64,000 nucleotides of DNA, taken from positions 4,506-68,505 of IMG/VR virus record IMGVR_UViG_3300033991_000123, one strand, 5' to 3'. The notes under the pieces are model-generated. The model was not told the origin of the DNA. It searched no databases and saw nothing but the letters and a program-made list of their open reading frames with translations. Source of the DNA: a virus. The position numbers and the translations under genes were made by a program. Position 1 is the first letter of the stretch. The number at the start of each line of letters is the position of its first letter. Shown in pieces: positions 58,383 through 64,000 of this stretch.

Positions 58383-58829
58383 TCAGCAGTTTTTTACTTC
58401 ATCGGAATAGACCAACTGATAATCATAATCATTCGGCCCGGTTTTCAAAACAAATACGGACTCTTTCTCTCCATAGAATTGATCGATATCGATAATGGGA
58501 TATTTTCTATTGGCGAAACCGCGAAGCCAACTGGAGTTTTTCCGTTTCAATTTCGCCAGTGGCTGAACTATCGGCGATAAACCAAATTCTTGCAGGACCA
58601 ATTTCCGGCAATCTACCGGAAGAATGCCAAATTCGATTTTCTTCCCATTGTGGTTTCCAGGCTGGCCGGAACCATGTTGACCAAATCCTTGCGGGTGAAA
58701 CGGACGTTCGGACATGCCAACGCAAGTATAAAAGCGCTTTCCCGAAACCGTTTTTTCAACATAATCGAAATAAACCGTATACCTATCGGCAGTTTTCCCT
58801 CCGTTGTCGTAAATGGCTAAAATGTTCAT
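58383..58829 (-). CDS. Hypothetical early protein
   Basis: YDNGGKTADRYTV motif. Confidence 0.7.
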   Translation of the reverse strand: MNILAIYDNGGKTADRYTVYFDYVEKTVSGKRFYTCVGMSERPFHPQGFGQHGSGQPGNHNGKKIEFGILPVDCRKLVLQEFGLSPIVQPLAKLKRKNSSWLRGFANRKYPIIDIDQFYGEKESVFVLKTGPNDYDYQLVYSDEVKNC

Positions 58830-58873
58830 ACCGGCACCCTCTTTCTATTGATTTAAGATTCCATATAGGGCAA

Positions 58874-59098
58874 TTATGTTTTCCCCAAGCGCAAATCTTT
58901 AATACAGCGTTCAATATCGCACTCATGACACTGCACGATAAACGATTTCGATCCATATGTTTTTAGCCATATACTCACCAATGGGTGTATGGATTTGCTG
59001 ATATGAGTTATTATTCGCGGTCCTTCGCACCTATCAAATTCATCAATAGTCGATTGCATCAAAATATCGCCCCCGTAATAACATGAATATTTTTTCAT
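58874..59098 (-). CDS. Hypothetical early protein
   Basis: Shared leader with GAGG SD. Confidence 0.6.
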   Translation of the reverse strand: MKKYSCYYGGDILMQSTIDEFDRCEGPRIITHISKSIHPLVSIWLKTYGSKSFIVQCHECDIERCIKDLRLGKT

Positions 59099-59143
59099 AA
59101 TGCCTCTTTCTATTCGTTTAAAATCCCATGCATTACTCCATGA

Positions 59144-60088
59144 TTATTTGGTAATTTCGATCTTATTTTCCATCGCTTTCGCGATTGCCGTTTTTGAGAA
59201 TCCAAGCTCGGTGAGTAATTCCGTTAATTCCTCCAATTGCTCTTTCGCAAGTATTTTAATATATCTATTCTCAGAATCGCTTTCGATTCCCCATAATCCG
59301 CTGGATTGAATAGTAAATGAAACGCCGGTTTTTGTCATTGTGATTTCAGCTTCGGCATGAGTGCCGAAAAATCCCCATTGCCCGGCAATAAGTGCTTCCA
59401 TGCGCTTAAAGTCTTGTAGGCCGTATTTCTTATATTCTTTCGTTCCGGGTTTTTCCCCGCCCGCATACGGTTTAAAAAAGCGGTATGTTCTCCCTTTGTT
59501 CGGGAAATCAACGTTCCCGCTGATTTCAATCGTGTGCATTCGGCGTACTTGGTTTAATTCCCATTGCTTCCTATCGGCATTTTCCGGGCAAAAATCTTCC
59601 GGGCAATCGATGCGCTCTTTTAGTGCGTCAATTATCCGCTGGCGCTTATAAATAGTATCGCAATATTCTCCCGTTGCGCGATTTATAATCCAATTATCGT
59701 GACTGTCGGTATACTCACCGATACAAGAAGTGTCCGGGCTTTCGTCCGTTTCGGTAATGATCTTAATTTGATTAATTACTTTTTTCGGTTTCATAATAGT
59801 GGATTCCTTTTTCGGTTTAAAAGTCCGTTCAACGTTGTTCCTCTGGTATTCAATGTTCCTCTGGTATTCAATGTTCCTCTGGTATTCAATGTTCCTCTGG
59901 TATTCAATGTTCCTCTGGTATTCAAAGTATCCAACATTAAAAGCGATCGGGTCATTGCGCCGTATCCAAGGGCCGTATTTTGCCCTATCTGGTACCCGGC
60001 CGCCATTGGTCTGCATATCGTCGTCTGGTATTCCTATCTCGGTTAGATATTCCTCATACTGTTTTTTAGTAACCATAATATCCTCCAT
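59144..60088 (-). CDS. Hypothetical early protein with (EYQRNI)x5; possibly two genes fused (internal start 59794)
   Basis: 314-aa ORF, internal AAGGA SD + ATG. Confidence 0.6.
   Translation of the reverse strand: MEDIMVTKKQYEEYLTEIGIPDDDMQTNGGRVPDRAKYGPWIRRNDPIAFNVGYFEYQRNIEYQRNIEYQRNIEYQRNIEYQRNNVERTFKPKKESTIMKPKKVINQIKIITETDESPDTSCIGEYTDSHDNWIINRATGEYCDTIYKRQRIIDALKERIDCPEDFCPENADRKQWELNQVRRMHTIEISGNVDFPNKGRTYRFFKPYAGGEKPGTKEYKKYGLQDFKRMEALIAGQWGFFGTHAEAEITMTKTGVSFTIQSSGLWGIESDSENRYIKILAKEQLEELTELLTELGFSKTAIAKAMENKIEITK
59836..59925. repeat. Perfect 18-bp tandem repeat x5
   Basis: TGTTCCTCTGGTATTCAA repeated 5 times with no spacers. Confidence 0.95.
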
Positions 60089-60100
60089 ATTGTAAAGTAA

Positions 60101-60919
60101 TTATGCGATTGTTCCGGCGTACCGCCATTGACCGTTGATTTTTTTAAACGTGATCCATGTAGGATTCCCGTTTTCATCAGTGGAATACGGTTCTCCGATT
60201 TGGATTGTATCGGCGCTCCATTTATGTGGCGGGAGAACGTTTATGGCGTATTCGGTGATATCATCGCTTACGATATCACCGATTGAAAGAAATTTTGTTA
60301 AGTCTTTTTTCGATTCATGCCATTGCGAAAGTGTTTTAATGGGGGAATCCGGATAAAAGCCATTTTGTTGTAAAATCTCGGTTATTTCCGCGATTACATC
60401 GGCATTAATTGCCTTTTCCGTATCCAGTTTTCCGTCAAGTATAAACCATGCCCTGCACAATGCTTCTAGGGTTTCCCTAGCTGCTTTCGGCCGGTTATAA
60501 ATCGCCCGGTCAATGTCTTCTGGTTTCGTGATCGCGATAGGTTCTTCGATATTTGTATCAAGGAAACTAGAGAATACTTCCGCGATATAGTCTTTGATGT
60601 CGTTACGATCGATGCCGGATACGGTTAAATCGTATCCATACAATAAATCCCCGTGAACGGTAACAATATGCCGGGACCATCCATCATAATAGCCATCATC
60701 GTTCAAGTGGTGAAATTCCGTTTCGAAAACCAATTTTTTTGAATCGCATTTTTCAGGAATCAGCTTCGTTCCGGAATCGAATCCGGAACCATGCGGCGCT
60801 TTATCCATAAGATCCTTGATCGTTTTTTCGTGGATATCCACGAAATTGGATGTAGGATTGTTCTTTTTCAGGTATTCAAGGGCCATTACGCAGCTAAGTA
60901 AATTTTGATATAGTTTCAT
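60101..60919 (-). CDS. Hypothetical early protein
   Basis: PHGSGFDSG motif; AGGAG SD. Confidence 0.7.
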   Translation of the reverse strand: MKLYQNLLSCVMALEYLKKNNPTSNFVDIHEKTIKDLMDKAPHGSGFDSGTKLIPEKCDSKKLVFETEFHHLNDDGYYDGWSRHIVTVHGDLLYGYDLTVSGIDRNDIKDYIAEVFSSFLDTNIEEPIAITKPEDIDRAIYNRPKAARETLEALCRAWFILDGKLDTEKAINADVIAEITEILQQNGFYPDSPIKTLSQWHESKKDLTKFLSIGDIVSDDITEYAINVLPPHKWSADTIQIGEPYSTDENGNPTWITFKKINGQWRYAGTIA

Positions 60920-60950
60920 GGTAACTTACTCCTGTGGTGATTAGTTTAAA

Positions 60951-61256
60951 TTATTTCACGATATCGATAACGGTTCTTTGATCCATTATCCCGGAATCGA
61001 TGCCGGGCAATGTCAACAACTGGTACGCCGTAGTGGTAAGCGCGTACGGATATCCCATAAGGGATTGATCGTAACACCATACCGTACCGGAAAGTATTTG
61101 CCAATAAAAATCGATTTTGGAATCCGGGTGCTTTGCGATTAGCTTCAGAGTTATTTCATCAATCCATGGTTGCGGTATCGCAAAATCGTAAATTTCTAGG
61201 CCACACAATTTCGCGGCCCGGTCTTTTGGTATCGGAGCGCTTTTAATGATTTCCAT
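60951..61256 (-). CDS. Hypothetical early protein
   Basis: AGGAG SD. Confidence 0.65.
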   Translation of the reverse strand: MEIIKSAPIPKDRAAKLCGLEIYDFAIPQPWIDEITLKLIAKHPDSKIDFYWQILSGTVWCYDQSLMGYPYALTTTAYQLLTLPGIDSGIMDQRTVIDIVK

Positions 61257-61288
61257 GATAGTTATCTCCTTTGGTTAATTAGTTTAAA

Positions 61289-61675
61289 TTACTCGTTCAG
61301 GAACTGTTCGGCGATATCTCCCCAAGAAGAGAGAATCCATCGCTCCGATACGTGATTAAATAGTATGGTGGTGGCGTATGTATCCCCCATGTTGACATAC
61401 GAATAATGGGGATACTGATAATTGTCCCAATTTTCCTCCGAAAGTGTTTCGATGCCATAGCCGCCCATAATCTCATTAATCATTTCCAGCTTGATTTCGA
61501 TGTTGTCGGGCAAATTGAGGCATGCCCGCACCCATTTATACGTATTCGGATACTCCTTTTCGAGGAAATCGAAAATGTATTCCGATAGATCCCGTTTATC
61601 CCGGATCACGGTTAAAATCCGGTTTGCCTTATCGGCATCGATTCCGCACAAGGTAAGTTTTTCAACGGTAAGCAT
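61289..61675 (-). CDS. Hypothetical early protein
   Basis: GYGIE, YVNMGDTYATTI, SSWGD motifs. Confidence 0.7.
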   Translation of the reverse strand: MLTVEKLTLCGIDADKANRILTVIRDKRDLSEYIFDFLEKEYPNTYKWVRACLNLPDNIEIKLEMINEIMGGYGIETLSEENWDNYQYPHYSYVNMGDTYATTILFNHVSERWILSSWGDIAEQFLNE

Positions 61676-61700
61676 GGTAGGTATCCTTTCGTTAAAGCAG

Positions 61701-61726
61701 AAAAGCGGGGGATTGAATCCCCCGCC
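61701..61726 (-). terminator. Rho-independent terminator
   Basis: GCGGGGGA/TCCCCCGC stem, U-tract on minus strand. Confidence 0.7.
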
Positions 61727-61752
61727 GGTTTGAGCGATTGCCGTTAATTGGA

Positions 61753-62751
61753 TTAATTAACAGCGGCTAGAATCCGGTCAATTGATCGCGGTACCGAAAC
61801 GACCGGCCGCATGATTTCCTTTCGCGGGGCGCTTTCCGTTAATTCAAGGATTGTTTCAAGCGCTTTGGTTTTCCATGCATCGCCGGACCCGAAGACGGCC
61901 GATTCTTCCCGCAATTGTTCGATTGAAAGCTCTTCCTTGCCATCGGTGCGCCGTACGGTACGATAGTGATCGCTCCAATTGGTCATGGCATTATACAAAT
62001 TAACCGCAGTCCCTTTGATTTGCGGGAAAGCGCCATTATCGTTTGACTCAAACAAATTGGCGATTTGGGCGGCATTGTTTTTTGTTCGGGTTGAATCCCG
62101 CCAATCGGCACCAAGAACCCGGTCAAACGTCGCGGCGATTGTTTTGCCATCGATGCGCCGGACTGCAAGCTCGTTCAGTTTTGAGGAAACGACCTGAAGG
62201 GATGCATTGATCCCGGCGGCCGCATCGATTGCCGTTGAAAGACGCCCGGAAGCATTCGTGGTATGCTTTGTTTTGATTGCATCCCCGCCCCGTTCATTTA
62301 TGGCGTGGGTAAGCGTATTCCGGCAAACGACCCGGATTCCGGTATACTTGAGGATATACGATGTGCTGCCGTCGTGTCCCTGTGTCGCCAGGAGATAGCT
62401 TTTCGTAATATCATCGGTACCGGCGATGCGGATATCTGATGGTAGTTTGGCTAGTGCCCAAACCCGTTTTCCACCATCAAGGCACCCGGCCGTCTCATAG
62501 TGCGCGCCCGCCGAATTGATGATTTTATCGATATGGGCGCCCATTGCCTTGTTCTGAATAGGCGCGAAAACGGAACCAACGGAACCGAGAAAGCCGTTGT
62601 TGTCGTCCCGGAAGATTCCCCATGAATCGACGGGTTGCCCGGTAATCGGGGAAGTGAACTGGTGTTTGCTTACGGACCAATTGAGTCCGGCCTTGTCCAT
62701 TGCTTCGCTCCATGTCGCGGCCGTTCCCTTGCTGCTTGTAAAAATTGACAT
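61753..62751 (-). CDS. DUF932 / TIGR03299 phage-plasmid protein
   Basis: AGLNWSV, PIQN, ETAGCLDGGKRVW, HDGS, RVVCRNT, KHT. Confidence 0.85.
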   Translation of the reverse strand: MSIFTSSKGTAATWSEAMDKAGLNWSVSKHQFTSPITGQPVDSWGIFRDDNNGFLGSVGSVFAPIQNKAMGAHIDKIINSAGAHYETAGCLDGGKRVWALAKLPSDIRIAGTDDITKSYLLATQGHDGSTSYILKYTGIRVVCRNTLTHAINERGGDAIKTKHTTNASGRLSTAIDAAAGINASLQVVSSKLNELAVRRIDGKTIAATFDRVLGADWRDSTRTKNNAAQIANLFESNDNGAFPQIKGTAVNLYNAMTNWSDHYRTVRRTDGKEELSIEQLREESAVFGSGDAWKTKALETILELTESAPRKEIMRPVVSVPRSIDRILAAVN

Positions 62752-62820
62752 AACGGTATCCCTCCGTTGAAAGTGAATTAATTTTTGGCGTTATCGCCGT
62801 TAATTACAATAAGAATTGCG

Positions 62821-63093
62821 TCAATAAGCATGTTTGCCGTCACTATAGACATGTATCCGTAGTATACGGCCCGTTTGATGCATGTAATAATAGGTAGGGG
62901 GTTCATTGTGATTGATCCTTTCAGGAAAAGTATTGATTCCACAATGATTCAACGTTAGCAATTGCGCTTTCATCGACGATTGCTGCCGTTTCGATGCGAG
63001 TAAGCAGTCGGCAATCGTGACGGATTTTATCTGCGATTTCCGCCCGTTTGGCGTAATACGCTTCGATTGCCGTTCGGAGCTTGTCGGTATCAA
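62821..63093 (-). CDS. Hypothetical early protein
   Basis: 90-aa ORF in co-oriented run; start uncertain. Confidence 0.45.
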   Translation of the reverse strand: MIPTSSERQSKRITPNGRKSQIKSVTIADCLLASKRQQSSMKAQLLTLNHCGINTFPERINHNEPPTYYYMHQTGRILRIHVYSDGKHAY

Positions 63094-63103
63094 TAATCAT
63101 GGA

Positions 63104-63346
63104 TTATTCCCCCGCCGGAAGCGATACGTCGCGAATATAGTCCGCACCTGATGCTTCAATAATCCCTATGAAGTGTTCAAGATCCTGTGCAGGGCAAAGG
63201 AATCTTCCGCCCCCGCAACGGACTAGAAGCAACTGCAAGCGATTTGTGGCGATGATTTCCGGCAGGTCTCCGGTTTTAAGGAATCCCCCTTGTGCCCGGA
63301 TTTTCTTAGTGATCGCTTGGGAAAGCGCCGTTTTTGTTTGGTCCAT
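63104..63346 (-). CDS. Hypothetical early protein
   Basis: ATG 63346 with GGAGG SD in duplicated leader. Confidence 0.65.
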   Translation of the reverse strand: MDQTKTALSQAITKKIRAQGGFLKTGDLPEIIATNRLQLLLVRCGGGRFLCPAQDLEHFIGIIEASGADYIRDVSLPAGE

Positions 63347-63430
63347 GGTATCCCTCCATGTTAAAGGTTTTTCTCCAACATGCATTATTGTGCTCATTGT
63401 ATAATTCCGCGCGCGGGCCCGGTTTCGGCG

Positions 63431-63763
63431 TTATGTTTTCCATGTTTCAGGGTGATTCCACGATTCACGCAATTCTTCGGCGGTGTGTATTTTTCTGCCA
63501 GACTTGACGGGATTCCCGAAATTGCACGTGCCAATTATATGGCCTTTGCTTGTACTTACTCCACCAGCCAGCAAATGACATCCTTTTTCGAGTTCAAATT
63601 CGTGGCCGCATATCCTACATTTAATTCTTATTCCCCAGTTATTGGTTTCGGGCTTATCGCATACGCCGTCAATCCAGTCAATTGCGTCGCGTAAAATTTG
63701 TTTAGCGGTGGCTTCGGTTTCTTCGCGGGTAATTCTGCGCTTTGCCTCTTCTGTCGTAATCAT
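63431..63763 (-). CDS. Zn-ribbon-like early protein
   Basis: CRICGHEF...C...C...H; GGAGG SD. Confidence 0.65.
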   Translation of the reverse strand: MITTEEAKRRITREETEATAKQILRDAIDWIDGVCDKPETNNWGIRIKCRICGHEFELEKGCHLLAGGVSTSKGHIIGTCNFGNPVKSGRKIHTAEELRESWNHPETWKT

Positions 63764-63806
63764 GGTATCCCTCCATGTTAAAGGTAAACAAATAGGTGAT
63801 ACTTAT

Positions 63807-63835
63807 AATATAATCATTTTCTAGACAAATATCAA
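63807..63835 (-). promoter_or_regulatory. Early-region sigma70-like promoter
   Basis: TTGATA-17 bp-TATATT with AT-rich upstream segment. Confidence 0.6.
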
Positions 63836-63902
63836 CAAATATTTTAAATTAATTAAAATTTTAATTGGAACGGGAAGCAAGGGAGGGGAGCGCCAGTATA
63901 TA

Positions 63903-63963
63903 GTAATAGTGACCGCACATTGAATGATGAGGAATACGTTTCAGTTCAAGGGGTCACTATTAC
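63903..63963. other. Long imperfect hairpin
   Basis: GTAATAGTGACC/GGTCACTATTAC outer 12-bp stem with inner TTGAA-TGA/TCA-G-TTCAA stem. Confidence 0.6.
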
Positions 63964-64000
63964 CGTGATAGAATATATATGTTGGCGACATGCTGGCAAT

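Noticed and set aside
59836-59925. Mini-CRISPR
   Set aside because: Head-to-tail identical 18-mers without spacers, in frame within a CDS.
63915-63950. Hammerhead ribozyme (TGATGAG...)
   Set aside because: The CUGAUGA core and GAAA element are not present together on one strand.

Overview
The window is most of a temperate, podovirus-like dsDNA phage genome. It is probably in excised or free form, because an intact attP with phage genes on both sides lies at about 47.0-47.25 kb. Layout: (i) 1-3.06 kb, a leftward operon ending in a stand-alone Cas7/RAMP-fold gene, followed directly by a hairpin and a non-coding array of 5-nt units (minus strand G/A/T/C-G-Y + variable NN, mostly GGY-NN) that runs off the window start. 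This is the strongest candidate for an RNA-guided system that is not CRISPR. (ii) 3.2-28.8 kb, a rightward virion operon: portal, scaffold, capsid, tail adaptor/nozzle, PKD/LamG/Kelch proteins, ejection proteins (one of 1913 aa with lytic transglycosylase and GGDEF-like domains) and fibre/propeller proteins. (iii) 28.8-31.3 kb, terminase. (iv) 31.9-46.3 kb, a large nonulosonic (sialic) acid synthesis and glycosylation cluster. (v) 46.3-53.4 kb, leftward resolvase, attP (5' half of tRNA-Leu-CAA, arm repeats, IHF site), tyrosine integrase, excisionase, recombination and replication genes with iterons. (vi) 53.5-64 kb, a divergent regulator, a LuxI/FeeM-like acyltransferase and a run of small early genes with duplicated leaders. 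All protein calls come from motifs recognised by eye; no database searches were run.
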